Source: an uncultured cyanobacterium
GTDB lineage: Bacteria; Cyanobacteriota; Cyanobacteriia; Pseudanabaenales; Pseudanabaenaceae
Assembly: GCA_963703315.1 (NCBI GenBank)
Contig: OY969811.1
Coordinates: forward strand, 4,224,001-4,288,000
DNA: 64,000 nucleotides
Reading direction: 5' to 3'
Made by a program: the position numbers and the translations under genes. Below, piece by piece: positions 1-9,692 of this stretch. The first letter of the stretch is position 1. Every line of letters begins with the position of its first letter. Below the pieces are notes generated by a model. It did no database searches. It had not been told where the DNA came from and saw only the letters and a list, made by a program, of their open reading frames with translations.

Positions 1-687
1 ACCTCAAAAATTTTAGGGATTCTGATCGGCGTTGCTGGAGTTGGACTAGCAGCCTATTTGGCTACTAACTCTGTTGTGCCAATTTGGGGTGAAATTCAGT
101 CTGGACAGCAAAATATTGATAAAAAGAAATCTGGTATTGCGGCTCTAGAAGGGCAAGTGGCAAGTAAAGCTAACATTGCACAAAGAATTGAAGAAGCTAA
201 TCAGCAAAATAAGTTTGTTCTCTCACTTTTGCCAAATGTAGACAACATTGATACGCTGATCCGTGATATTCAGGAGCAAATACCCAAGACTATTGTGATT
301 GCTCTACCTCCTAATTTTTCCTATGAATTAGTAGGCACTTTACGAAACTTCCAGCCTAAAGACCGTGTTGAAAGTCCAAGTAAGCAATATTATATTTACT
401 CTTTTACAATTGGTTTTGATGGCAAGTTTGAAGATGTACTCACTACACTTCAAAAAATTGAGCGTCTGAAGCCACTGTTAGCAGTTAAAGATTTAAAGTT
501 AACTAAAAAGGCACTACCTATTACTAACTTCAAGTTCTCGGTGCCGATCGCTCCTGGTAAAGAAAAAGAGATTTTGGATATCTTGCCGCCGCTAATTGGT
601 GCGGATTTCACCTTGGAGGCTTTTGTGCCTAAGACAGAAGAGGAGCTTAAGGCTGCTGCTGCCGCCGCCCCACCACCGAAGAAATAA
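1..687 (+). CDS. pilO: Type IV pilus assembly protein PilO (5' partial; frame open to window edge)
   Basis: TM segment followed by coiled coil, then LLPNVDNIDTLIRDI and GKFEDVLTTLQKIERLKPLL motifs; lies directly upstream of the pilQ secretin, as in cyanobacterial pilMNOQ. Confidence 0.8.
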   Translation, partial: TSKILGILIGVAGVGLAAYLATNSVVPIWGEIQSGQQNIDKKKSGIAALEGQVASKANIAQRIEEANQQNKFVLSLLPNVDNIDTLIRDIQEQIPKTIVIALPPNFSYELVGTLRNFQPKDRVESPSKQYYIYSFTIGFDGKFEDVLTTLQKIERLKPLLAVKDLKLTKKALPITNFKFSVPIAPGKEKEILDILPPLIGADFTLEAFVPKTEEELKAAAAAAPPPKK

Positions 688-820
688 ATGAAAAGACAAA
701 AACTGACCATCCATCTCAGATTTGATTTACTGAGCAAGATTCAAACAGGGATCAAGGTCAAATAATTTGGGTTGAATAAACAATCCTATTATTTTTTTTT
801 GATTTAAAATTGACAAAGTA

Positions 821-829
821 TGGTATAAT
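821..829 (+). promoter_or_regulatory. Putative extended -10 promoter (TGnTATAAT) for pilQ
   Basis: TGGTATAAT 130 nt upstream of the pilQ start; GAGGAG RBS just before ATG 961. Confidence 0.4.
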
Positions 830-960
830 CTCGCACCATAATCGCGTCAATTCTGTCTTGGTTATGTCGTTCCCTTAGTTAGGGCATATTCAAGTTTCTA
901 CAGATCTATTGCAAAGATTAAGTGTATTGAGTTCCGTTATGGAACAAGAGGAGTGTAATT

Positions 961-3291
961 ATGAATGTTAAGTTGAATGATCGGTTGAATGCGAAATTGA
1001 ATGGTAAGTCTTTGGCTTGCTGGTTTTTGATTGCCGCAAGTTGCCCACAGGTGTTGGCGATCCAAGCTCAAAATGCAACCCAAAATCCTGTTTCAATCAA
1101 CTCAACTACTGATGTGGTTGCGGTGGCTAGTCGGATTACGGATATCAATACGAGTGTGGCAGGCGATCGCCTAAATCTCACGTTGAATTTTGCCAGTAGC
1201 GATCGCCCTCAGGTTACCTATACGAAGCAGGGTAAGTCATGGGTGGCAGTACTAAATGGCGCACAGTTGCAGTTAGGCAATGGCAATGCTAGTTATACAA
1301 GGGCAAATCCGATCCCTGGCATTACTTCGGTGGAGGCGACCCAGTACGCTGCGAATAAAGTGCGGATTCGGGTCACGGCTAACGATCCAGAAAAGTTTAA
1401 AGATTTGATTAATCGTCAAGACACTGGCGATAGTTTGGTATTTAGTTTAGAGATGCAGCCCTCCACAAATCAGGCTAGTTCGATCTCATCAGCGAATGCC
1501 CCTGAATCTGGAGTGGTAAGCAATCAAAGTTCTTCTGAACCTAATAAAGTTTTGACTGCTCAAAATACTATTACTGATAATTCTTCCGTAGGAAAACCGT
1601 TATTTGAGCCAAAGGTGACAATTACTGCACCTGATGGTAAAACTCGCGTGGCTCAAAGCACTGCACCCAACTCAACACCGCCGCCTGTGGCTAATCCTGT
1701 GACTCCACAATTACAAGGTCGTATTCCAGGAGTTGTACCGCCTTTCCGCCAAATCAAGACTCCTCCTGTTGGTGATATTGCGACAACAACATCTAAACTC
1801 CGTCCTGATATTATCGATTTGGGTACGGCTGAGCGTGTACCGAGAATCACTTTACGGGAAGCCCCTGCGATCGAGGTTTTGACCTTAATCGGTCGTGTTG
1901 CTGGACTGAGTGTTGTCTCGGCTGAAGCTCCATCAACTACTGGTACTGGCACTACACCAACTGCTACTACTGCTACTTCTCGGACTGGATTAAAGCAGCC
2001 CGTCAGTCTCGACATTGAGAATGAACCTGCTCAAGATGTATTCAATAACATCTTGAGAATTTCTGGTCTAGAAGCAAATCGTATTGGCAATACAGTTTTT
2101 GTGGCAACTAAGCTACCTGTAACTTTGAAAAATCTAATTACAAAGAGTTATCGTCTCAATCAAATTACAACTGGTGAGGCATCAGCATACTTGATTGGCT
2201 TAGGTGCTTCTCGTGTTGTCAGTCGTCAAAGACCTATTCCTGGTGTTCAAACGGCAACACTTGGAACTGCGGCTCAGGCGATCGTAAACGTCACTACTGA
2301 AGCTGTACCAACCCTAGAAACTGTGACAGTCACTCCTGAGTCTGGAGCAACCCCATTACTAAGAGGTTTGCAAGTAATTGCAGAAGAACGTTCCAACTCT
2401 CTAACGCTGATTGGTTCACCCAAACAAGTGGAGTATGCTGAAGCACAAATTGCACGACTAGATTTGCGTAAACGTCAAGTTACGGTTAATGTTCGCGTTC
2501 TTGAAGTTGCTGTTAATAATGGACAGACTGTTGGCGGTGGTTTGACTACAGTTGGAGGCAATCCTACTATTACCCAAGGTCTTAGCGTTGATAGTAATAA
2601 TACACTTGGAATTTCTCTAATTAGTAGTAGTCCTATAACGCTACCAACATCACTTATTGCTTCTCTTACAGCATCAATTAGAAATGGGAATGCCAAAGTA
2701 CTGACAGATCCTAATCTAACTGTTCAAGAGGGCGAGACCGCTACAATCGCATTGACAGATCAGGTTATCAATAACATTACTTCTACCGTTACTCCTTCTA
2801 CTACTGTTGTCGGTCAGAATACCACTACGACTACAGCAACTTTTGCTCAGGTTGGTCTAACTCTAGCAATTCAAATTGAAAGAATTGATGACAATGGATT
2901 TATCAATTTGTCAGTTTCTCCAAGAATTGCAACACCTTTAGATGCGGTTCCGCTTACTTCTTCTTCTGGCACTAACTTTGTCGTCCCAATTTCTGAGAGA
3001 GTCTTAAACTCTGGTAGAATTCGCTTGCGTGATGCTCAAACATTGATTCTTTCGGGAGTTATTCGTGATTCTGACTCAGAATCAGTTGATAAAATTCCTC
3101 TTCTTGGAGACTTACCAATTATTGGTGCTTTATTCAGAAGAACGATTACAAGCAATAGACGTAGTGAGGTAGTTATTATTGTTACACCTCGAATTGTTGA
3201 TGACAGCCAAAATGCAACTTGGGGCTATACCTATCAGCCAGGACCAGAAGTTCAGAAGGTGATTGATAGCAATCAACGCAAGGTTCAATAA
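961..3291 (+). CDS. pilQ: Type IV pilus secretin PilQ (AMIN domain + secretin)
   Basis: Secretin C-terminal signature VDKIPLLGDLPIIGALFRR...SEVVIIVTPRIV; N-terminal AMIN-like domain. Confidence 0.92.
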   Translation: MNVKLNDRLNAKLNGKSLACWFLIAASCPQVLAIQAQNATQNPVSINSTTDVVAVASRITDINTSVAGDRLNLTLNFASSDRPQVTYTKQGKSWVAVLNGAQLQLGNGNASYTRANPIPGITSVEATQYAANKVRIRVTANDPEKFKDLINRQDTGDSLVFSLEMQPSTNQASSISSANAPESGVVSNQSSSEPNKVLTAQNTITDNSSVGKPLFEPKVTITAPDGKTRVAQSTAPNSTPPPVANPVTPQLQGRIPGVVPPFRQIKTPPVGDIATTTSKLRPDIIDLGTAERVPRITLREAPAIEVLTLIGRVAGLSVVSAEAPSTTGTGTTPTATTATSRTGLKQPVSLDIENEPAQDVFNNILRISGLEANRIGNTVFVATKLPVTLKNLITKSYRLNQITTGEASAYLIGLGASRVVSRQRPIPGVQTATLGTAAQAIVNVTTEAVPTLETVTVTPESGATPLLRGLQVIAEERSNSLTLIGSPKQVEYAEAQIARLDLRKRQVTVNVRVLEVAVNNGQTVGGGLTTVGGNPTITQGLSVDSNNTLGISLISSSPITLPTSLIASLTASIRNGNAKVLTDPNLTVQEGETATIALTDQVINNITSTVTPSTTVVGQNTTTTTATFAQVGLTLAIQIERIDDNGFINLSVSPRIATPLDAVPLTSSSGTNFVVPISERVLNSGRIRLRDAQTLILSGVIRDSDSESVDKIPLLGDLPIIGALFRRTITSNRRSEVVIIVTPRIVDDSQNATWGYTYQPGPEVQKVIDSNQRKVQ

Positions 3292-3332
3292 ACTTTCACA
3301 ATTTCTTTTTTCATTTACACTCCCTCTTATTT

Positions 3333-3365
3333 ACAGTCTTGGTAATATTACCAAGACTGTTTTTT
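3333..3365 (+). terminator. Rho-independent terminator after pilQ
   Basis: ACAGTCTTGGTAAT/ATTACCAAGACTGT inverted repeat followed by a T run. Confidence 0.7.
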
Positions 3366-3428
3366 ATGTGAGTTCGTCTGATATTCTGAAATTTAAGCGA
3401 TCGCCACAATAGCAAAGGAGAAACATAA

Positions 3429-3884
3429 ATGACACAAGCAATTGTTCATAAATCTCTATACGAGTCCGATTTCTTGCTATGGACTCAAGACACCGTAGCC
3501 AAACTCAAGGCTAAAGATTTTGAGCATCTGGACTTAGAAAACTTAATAGAGGAGATCGACAGTTTGGGTAGGTCAGACAAAAAGGAGATTAAAAGTCGTC
3601 TCACAACATTGCTTGCACATTTGCTCAAGCGTATATATGTCAATATGCCTGACTGTTTTAATGGTTGGGAAAATACAATTGTTGAGCAACGAACTGAGAT
3701 CGAGTATACCTTGACCGATTCACCTAGTCTCAAAGCTTTGTGGAGCGATACTTTTGACATTGCATTTCGTAACGCATTGCGAAATGTAAAAAAGGAATAC
3801 TCCAAAAAAGGCTATCAAATTCCTGATACATGGCAGTTTGGGCGCGACATTGACACAATGCTAAATGTTGACTTCTGGGAATAG
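3429..3884 (+). CDS. DUF29 family protein (copy 1)
   Basis: LYESDFLLWTQDT...LDLENLIEEIDSLGRS...LLAHLLKR, typical DUF29 pattern. Confidence 0.9.
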   Translation: MTQAIVHKSLYESDFLLWTQDTVAKLKAKDFEHLDLENLIEEIDSLGRSDKKEIKSRLTTLLAHLLKRIYVNMPDCFNGWENTIVEQRTEIEYTLTDSPSLKALWSDTFDIAFRNALRNVKKEYSKKGYQIPDTWQFGRDIDTMLNVDFWE

Positions 3885-4008
3885 CGATCGCCTTCGTTCT
3901 TACTCTTGCTGTGCCGTGACGACTCCCATCACTGAGAGCCTCTAAACAGGATTCGGCATGATATTTTAAAATTTAAGCGATCGCCCCACTAGCAAAGGAG
4001 AAACATAA

Positions 4009-4464
4009 ATGACACAAGCAATTGTTCATAAATCTCTATACGATTCCGATTTCTTGCTATGGACTCAAGACACTGTAGCCAAACTCAAGGCTAAAGATTT
4101 TGACCATTTAGACTTAGAAAACTTAATAGAGGAGATCGACAGTTTGGGTAGTTCCTACCGTGATGAGTTGGAAAGTCGTTTAGAAACCTTGTTGGCTCAT
4201 TGCCTCAAACGGCTTTATGTAAATATGCCTTACTGCTTCAATGGTTGGCAGAACACAATTAAGGAGCAACGCAGACGGATTGCTCTAAGACTAAGAAAAA
4301 TCCCTAGTCTTAGAGCAGCTTGGGATGAAATTTTTGATGATGCTTGGGAACTGGCTTTAGGCTCAGTTCGCGACCATTACGAGCCTAAAGGCTATCAATT
4401 CCCTGATACATGGCAGTTTGGGCGTGATATTGACACAATGCTAAATGTTGATTTTTGGGAGTAG
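4009..4464 (+). CDS. DUF29 family protein (copy 2)
   Basis: Same motifs; tandem paralogue of 3429-3884 at a 580-bp period. Confidence 0.9.
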   Translation: MTQAIVHKSLYDSDFLLWTQDTVAKLKAKDFDHLDLENLIEEIDSLGSSYRDELESRLETLLAHCLKRLYVNMPYCFNGWQNTIKEQRRRIALRLRKIPSLRAAWDEIFDDAWELALGSVRDHYEPKGYQFPDTWQFGRDIDTMLNVDFWE

Positions 4465-4555
4465 AGATCGCCTTGTTACACAAAAGCATTATTCCCTTCT
4501 CAAGAATAGGCATTATTAAGGTAAATCATTAGAGGGCGCGGCTCCGCCGCGCCCT

Positions 4556-5719
4556 CTAATGATTTACTGGTAAGTGATTAGCACATTTTTGTGAATAGGT
4601 ACTAACATTAATTCTTGGCAAACGATGCTTAAATCCACAGAGAATTTCCCAAGAAATTGTACCTAGCAAATTTGCCCAGTCATCGGCAGTATTTTCCGAA
4701 TCACCACCCAAAAATGTGACCTCATCGCCCACATTCACATTGGGAACATGGGTAACATCGATCGCACATTGATCCATTGTAATTGTTCCGATCTGCGCCA
4801 CCTTTTGCCCATTGACCGATACCCGAATCCGATTGGATAGACCGCGAGGAATGCCATCAGCATAACCGATCGCTACGGTTGCCATCGTCATATCCTGTGG
4901 GGCAATGAATGACCTTCCGTAACTCACACTTGTCCCTGTGGTGATGGTCTTAACTTGCGTAATCCGAGCTTTGACCGTAAGCGCAGGCATCAAATCCACA
5001 ATATTTTTGAGATGGGGCGCAGGATAAAGCCCGTAAATACCCAAACCAGTGCGGACAATATCGTAATGAATCTGGCGATCGCCTAACATCGCAGCAGTAT
5101 TACAAATATGAAGACGTGGTGGATAGATACCGTCAGCTTTGAGAGAGGTAATTACTTGCTCAAATCGCTGAGCTTGTAAATTCATGAAGGTTCGATCGCT
5201 GTCATCGGCAGTGGCAAAATGCGAGTACACACTCATGATTTCTAAATTAGGTAAATGCTGCACTAACTGCACAAAGGCGATCGCCTCTTGCCAATTCACA
5301 CCTAATCGCGACATCCCCGTATCGATTTTTAAATGCACGGTCACTCGTTCGTCAGTTTGTGAAAGCACTTCGTGGTAGATTAACGCTTGCTTTGCATTAG
5401 AAATTGTCGGTTGTAAACGATATTCCGCGATCGCCTTGATCTCATCAATGCCATTGGTCGCACCTAAAACCACAATGGTCGCCGTGATTCCTGCACGACG
5501 TAACTGAATGCCTTCAGGGATTGTGGCGACACCCAACCAAGTTGCACCAGCCTCGATCGCCGTTTGACTGACATCGATTGCCCCATGTCCATAGGCATCT
5601 GCCTTGACAATTGCCATTAATTCCGTAGGCGCGGTTAGCAAAGACTTTAACTGCTGCACATTATGTTTAATAGCTGAGAGATCGACTTCTACCCATGCTC
5701 GGTGGTTTTGCTTGAGCAT
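4556..5719 (-). CDS. alr: Alanine racemase
   Basis: AIVKADAYGHG PLP-lysine motif; HLKIDTGMSRLG; GYADG. Confidence 0.96.
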   Translation of the reverse strand: MLKQNHRAWVEVDLSAIKHNVQQLKSLLTAPTELMAIVKADAYGHGAIDVSQTAIEAGATWLGVATIPEGIQLRRAGITATIVVLGATNGIDEIKAIAEYRLQPTISNAKQALIYHEVLSQTDERVTVHLKIDTGMSRLGVNWQEAIAFVQLVQHLPNLEIMSVYSHFATADDSDRTFMNLQAQRFEQVITSLKADGIYPPRLHICNTAAMLGDRQIHYDIVRTGLGIYGLYPAPHLKNIVDLMPALTVKARITQVKTITTGTSVSYGRSFIAPQDMTMATVAIGYADGIPRGLSNRIRVSVNGQKVAQIGTITMDQCAIDVTHVPNVNVGDEVTFLGGDSENTADDWANLLGTISWEILCGFKHRLPRINVSTYSQKCANHLPVNH

Positions 5720-5861
5720 TACAGCGCACTCCTGATGCGATAAGCTGAAAACATGAAAATATATGATTCTTCGGCAAAAATACGCTTGCTGTTATACCAA
5801 GTTTCGTAACAAACTCAAAGTAACATCTCCGCTTTTCATCCTAATTTGCAGATAATAACCT

Positions 5862-7214
5862 ATGCGACTCATGCAACTTATCCAAAGTTTCATGCCTCAA
5901 GGCTGGCAGAACTATAGTCTTAGACAGAGCTTTAGGCAACTGTTGCGATCTCGCAAACGTTTTTTGTCATTTCTTTTTGTCGTTACTTTTGCCATCACGC
6001 TAATTTTACATAGCCTTATCCCTGCATTTCTAGTGAATGATCAGGCGATCGCGCAGATAAAACCACAGATAAAACTACTAGTCCCACAACTAAAGCAACC
6101 TGTTATTCCACCCAGTCCACCAATCAACCAACCCATAGACAAGCGCCAAGAGATTCGTGGCGTATGGCTGACTAGTAATGACTTTGCTATGTTTAGCGAT
6201 CGCAAGCAGCTTGGAGAATCTCTAAAACAACTAAAGCAACTAAACTTCAATACGATTTATCCAGTAGTTTGGAACTCTGGCTATGTGATGTATCCCAGTG
6301 CTGTGGCGACTGAGGCAGGTATTCAGCCCTTTGTCTATCGTGGTAATGAGGGACAGGATCTGATCGCCGACATCATCGCACAGGGACATCAAAATAATTT
6401 ATTAGTGATGCCTTGGTTTGAGTTTGGCTTCATGGCTCCTCCTACCTCAGAACTAGCGATCGCCCATCCCGATTGGCTTACCAAAGAACGCGATGGCGAT
6501 AATACTTCTGAGACTGCCGCAGGAGAAGTGGCATGGCTCAATCCTTTCCATCCTGAAGTCCAGAAGTTCTTAACAGAATTAGTCTTAGAAGCAGTCTCTA
6601 ACTACGATCTAGATGGGATTCAATTTGACGATCATACTAGTCTCCCGAAGACCTTTGGCTACGATCGCTATACTCTCAATCTCTATCGTCAAGAAATGAA
6701 GAGAGAGGCTCCCTCTGATGTGAATGATCCTGATTGGGTGCGCTGGCGAGCCAACAAGATCTCGGCGTTTATGTCAAAACTAAGTAAAGCCGTAAAGCAA
6801 AGAAAGCCTAACGCAATTTTCTCGGTATCTCCAAATTATTACGACTTTGCCTATAAGCAGCAGTTGCAAGACTGGCTAGGCTGGGTACGTCAAGGCTTTG
6901 TCGATGAATTGCTAGTACAGGTATATCGTTCTGACCTAGATGATTTTCGCTCTCAAGTCAGTCGTCCTGAAATTGTTGAAGTCCAAAATAAAATCTCTAC
7001 AGGTATCGGTATTTTATCGGGACTTCGCAATAGTAATGTGCCTATGTCTAGAGTTTATGCCCAAGTGATTACTGCTCAAGAGCGAGGCTTAGGGATTTCT
7101 TTCTTTTATTACAAGAGTCTCTGGGGCTATGGACCTGAACCAGAAAGCGATCGGCAAAAAGAAATTCAATATCTATTCCGTAATCCTGTCCCAAGGCTTG
7201 CGAATAGGAATTAA
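5862..7214 (+). CDS. Glycoside hydrolase-like 10 (DUF187/GHL10) protein
   Basis: EIRGVWLT, LNFNTIYPVVWNSG, WLNPFHPEVQ, YDLDGIQFDDH motifs. Confidence 0.88.
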   Translation: MRLMQLIQSFMPQGWQNYSLRQSFRQLLRSRKRFLSFLFVVTFAITLILHSLIPAFLVNDQAIAQIKPQIKLLVPQLKQPVIPPSPPINQPIDKRQEIRGVWLTSNDFAMFSDRKQLGESLKQLKQLNFNTIYPVVWNSGYVMYPSAVATEAGIQPFVYRGNEGQDLIADIIAQGHQNNLLVMPWFEFGFMAPPTSELAIAHPDWLTKERDGDNTSETAAGEVAWLNPFHPEVQKFLTELVLEAVSNYDLDGIQFDDHTSLPKTFGYDRYTLNLYRQEMKREAPSDVNDPDWVRWRANKISAFMSKLSKAVKQRKPNAIFSVSPNYYDFAYKQQLQDWLGWVRQGFVDELLVQVYRSDLDDFRSQVSRPEIVEVQNKISTGIGILSGLRNSNVPMSRVYAQVITAQERGLGISFFYYKSLWGYGPEPESDRQKEIQYLFRNPVPRLANRN

Positions 7215-7221
7215 TAATTTA

Positions 7222-7578
7222 TTAAGCTTGCCAGATACTAAGAATTGCGGCGGCGATTTTCTTAACGGGATCGATGAGGTTGGCGGCTTTGCTAATTACG
7301 CCTGTGAAGGCATCTAGCAGAATTGGGAGCATTCCCTTTTTCTGTGATGGGTCTTTGGCTGACATCGCGCCAATTTGGTTGAGATATTCGAGAGCTTTTT
7401 GTTTTTCGGGTTCACCAAGTTCTGAGGAGCTTTCGACGGCTTTTTGGAGTTGTTCGAGGAGGTCAGATAGTTGTGGTGCTTCGGGTTGGTTGGTTTCGCG
7501 GAGTTGTTGGACAGTGCCGCTAATGTCGCGACCAGCTATACCTTGTTGATCTTTGCCGCTAACGCCTAAGTTATGGAG
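7222..7578 (-). pseudogene. Start-less 118-codon gene remnant: G/Q-rich motif followed by a helical domain
   Basis: Manual translation LHNLGVSGKDQQGIAGRDISGTVQQLRETNQPEAPQLSDLLEQLQKAVESSSELGEPEKQKALEYLNQIGAMS...ILSIWQA*; in-frame stop at 7579-7581 and no start codon before the conserved-looking part. Confidence 0.6.
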
Positions 7579-7665
7579 TTAATATATTTGGCACACCAAG
7601 CCTAATTTTTTAGGCTTTTTTCATAAATGAAGCTAGGTTTGAAATGATTGTAAATCTGTAAAAAC

Positions 7666-8130
7666 TTAATTTGTACTCGACAAACTTGGACGTATAACCC
7701 AGTTACATTTATCCCTAATTTGTTTCTTCTTGCTCTCAGTTTTCTTGCAAACCACTTGAGCGTGATTAGAGTGCTGAGATTCTCCTGTACGGCTTGGATG
7801 AGGATCATGTATTATCTCAAATCCCAACTCAATCATCAAACTTGCAGAAATTGATACAACACCCACGAACTTACTATTGTTAGCAAGAACTTCTGCAATA
7901 TCAATTTCTGGAAAATTAGGAGAATCAACATAAACTGACAAACCATAATTATCAAAGTCAGAAGGAGTTGGCTTATTTGTATTAGTGTCTATCTTGTTCT
8001 GCATCACAAGCCTATATAAAATAGCTTGACTATCAATTACAAGTGGTTGCCAGCCATTATCAACAAATATCTTATGCCTTGCTTCTATTTCTGCTAAGAC
8101 CTCATCACATGACTTAGGATAGCGCCCCAC
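7666..8130 (-). CDS. Hypothetical protein, possible ADP-ribosyltransferase/RES-like fold; third gene of the TIGR04255 cassette
   Basis: GTG start 1 nt after the upstream stop; ILYRL...GLSVY...HAQV motif order. Confidence 0.6.
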   Translation of the reverse strand: MGRYPKSCDEVLAEIEARHKIFVDNGWQPLVIDSQAILYRLVMQNKIDTNTNKPTPSDFDNYGLSVYVDSPNFPEIDIAEVLANNSKFVGVVSISASLMIELGFEIIHDPHPSRTGESQHSNHAQVVCKKTESKKKQIRDKCNWVIRPSLSSTN

Positions 8131-8131
8131 A

Positions 8132-8749
8132 CTACATCTCCATGTATTTTCTAATGACCTTACACAAATTTGCTATAGATACTGATACCCCTTCTATCTC
8201 TTCATATTCGTTGCTAAGAAGCCACTCACAGAGAAAAGTGCTGTTATCAATCAAAGAAACTTCTAGCTCTTTTTGAGGATAAGATTGAGTCCAACTAAAA
8301 GCAACTGAGCCATTAGCAGTTGGATGAGTTACAGGCAAATTTTTCCTATTCTTAATAATTTTCTTTATTTCATTCCATATCTGATTTGCTCTTAATAATA
8401 CCTCTTTAGATAATGGTTCAGCACCATAGCCATCCCATCCGATTTCAAGACTTTGCAATGGGAATATAGGCGAAGAATTTGGAATAATATCAACAGCAAA
8501 ATACCTTAGTTCATTAGTCATAGAAGCTGGCTTCGCCTCTGACATTAATGGCGTAACAAGAGTATTCCTTACATTATAAAATTTTAGACTTTCATCTACT
8601 ATAAGTAACTCTTGTTTCTTTTGTAACTTTCTTATAGGTGTAGGAAGAAAATTACGTCCATTAAGTTGTCTAGATTTTATAGTTGAATCATCAAAGGAAC
8701 TTTGATTAAAAAAATCAAAATTAGAGGGAGCATAGGCAAGTGTAGACAT
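8132..8749 (-). CDS. Hypothetical protein with LxxLxxGWDGYGAEP motif; middle gene of the TIGR04255 cassette
   Basis: 205-aa ORF tightly coupled to both neighbours; LQSLEIGWDGYGAEPLS motif. Confidence 0.7.
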   Translation of the reverse strand: MSTLAYAPSNFDFFNQSSFDDSTIKSRQLNGRNFLPTPIRKLQKKQELLIVDESLKFYNVRNTLVTPLMSEAKPASMTNELRYFAVDIIPNSSPIFPLQSLEIGWDGYGAEPLSKEVLLRANQIWNEIKKIIKNRKNLPVTHPTANGSVAFSWTQSYPQKELEVSLIDNSTFLCEWLLSNEYEEIEGVSVSIANLCKVIRKYMEM

Positions 8750-8752
8750 AAA

Positions 8753-9547
8753 CTAACTCCTTTTTTCCCATAAAGCTTGCATTTTATCTGTGGTCAAACT
8801 CAAAAAAGTTTTTACTGCCATATCTCTACAAAAATCAAATGAAGTAAGTACATAAGCTATTTCAGATGAGATCGGTTTCTGAAAACAAGTAATTCTAAGC
8901 TGAATTATTTCTAGATTTCCATTATTAACCGTTGCAGGCTGAACCTCAATAACTACCTTTGCATTATTATCTGGCAATGTATAAGAAGTTTGGATTGCTA
9001 TCAAATCAGGTTCTGGAAGAAAATCATTGGAAAACCCAGACCAACAATTAAGGACATCTGGCAAGTCAGACAAATTATTCCACTCCTTCCCCCTTACAAA
9101 ATGATCAACATAAGTAACATCACACTGTTTGATACTTGGTAAGTCTATTTGATGAGTCTCTAGAAAACTACAGAACTTGAGCCACTCAGCCTCAAACTCA
9201 GGACGAATTATGTCGTAATGAGGATAAGAGTCATAATTGGCTGGACTTTGCCAGTTATAGATAAACCTATCATGTTGAATCTGTAGTAGCTTAGTCTCAG
9301 ATTTATGCTTAAACCAACACCGAACGGAAGGCAAAGTTTCTAACTCAAGAATTCCTTCTTGTACATTTCTTGAAAAGATAGCTGGTTTTATCTCAAATTC
9401 AGGGTAAGTATCTTTAATTTGTTGCCAATATACTCCAAAGTAAGGTATATCCCATTGTGCCAAGCGCTCAAATTCAAGCCCCATTACCTTTTCAACAATA
9501 GGCGGTTTATTGAAAACAGGTTTAAGCTGCTCGATAGTGGTGGACAT
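8753..9547 (-). CDS. TIGR04255 family protein
   Basis: FNKPPIVEKVMGLEF N-terminus, RCWF...LLQIQHDRFIYNW, YPHY, VTYVDHF, C-terminal FLSLTTDKMQALWE. Confidence 0.8.
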   Translation of the reverse strand: MSTTIEQLKPVFNKPPIVEKVMGLEFERLAQWDIPYFGVYWQQIKDTYPEFEIKPAIFSRNVQEGILELETLPSVRCWFKHKSETKLLQIQHDRFIYNWQSPANYDSYPHYDIIRPEFEAEWLKFCSFLETHQIDLPSIKQCDVTYVDHFVRGKEWNNLSDLPDVLNCWSGFSNDFLPEPDLIAIQTSYTLPDNNAKVVIEVQPATVNNGNLEIIQLRITCFQKPISSEIAYVLTSFDFCRDMAVKTFLSLTTDKMQALWEKRS

Positions 9548-9692
9548 ACATACTTACTGAAATATATTACTAAATTGATTTTGATATACAATGACGTATT
9601 TTGCACTACGTATTTCCCGTATTAAGTAGTTTTAGTTGCATTTCTTTATTCAGACTGGCGATAAGTGCAAAATTAATTATTCAAATTCAAAA

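Noticed and set aside
810..829. TTGACA + TATAAT as a canonical sigma70 promoter
   Set aside because: The spacer is only 8 nt; only the extended -10 was kept.
7274..7549. + strand 91-aa ORF in the track
   Set aside because: Antisense shadow of the minus-strand remnant 7222-7578, which reads as a more protein-like sequence.
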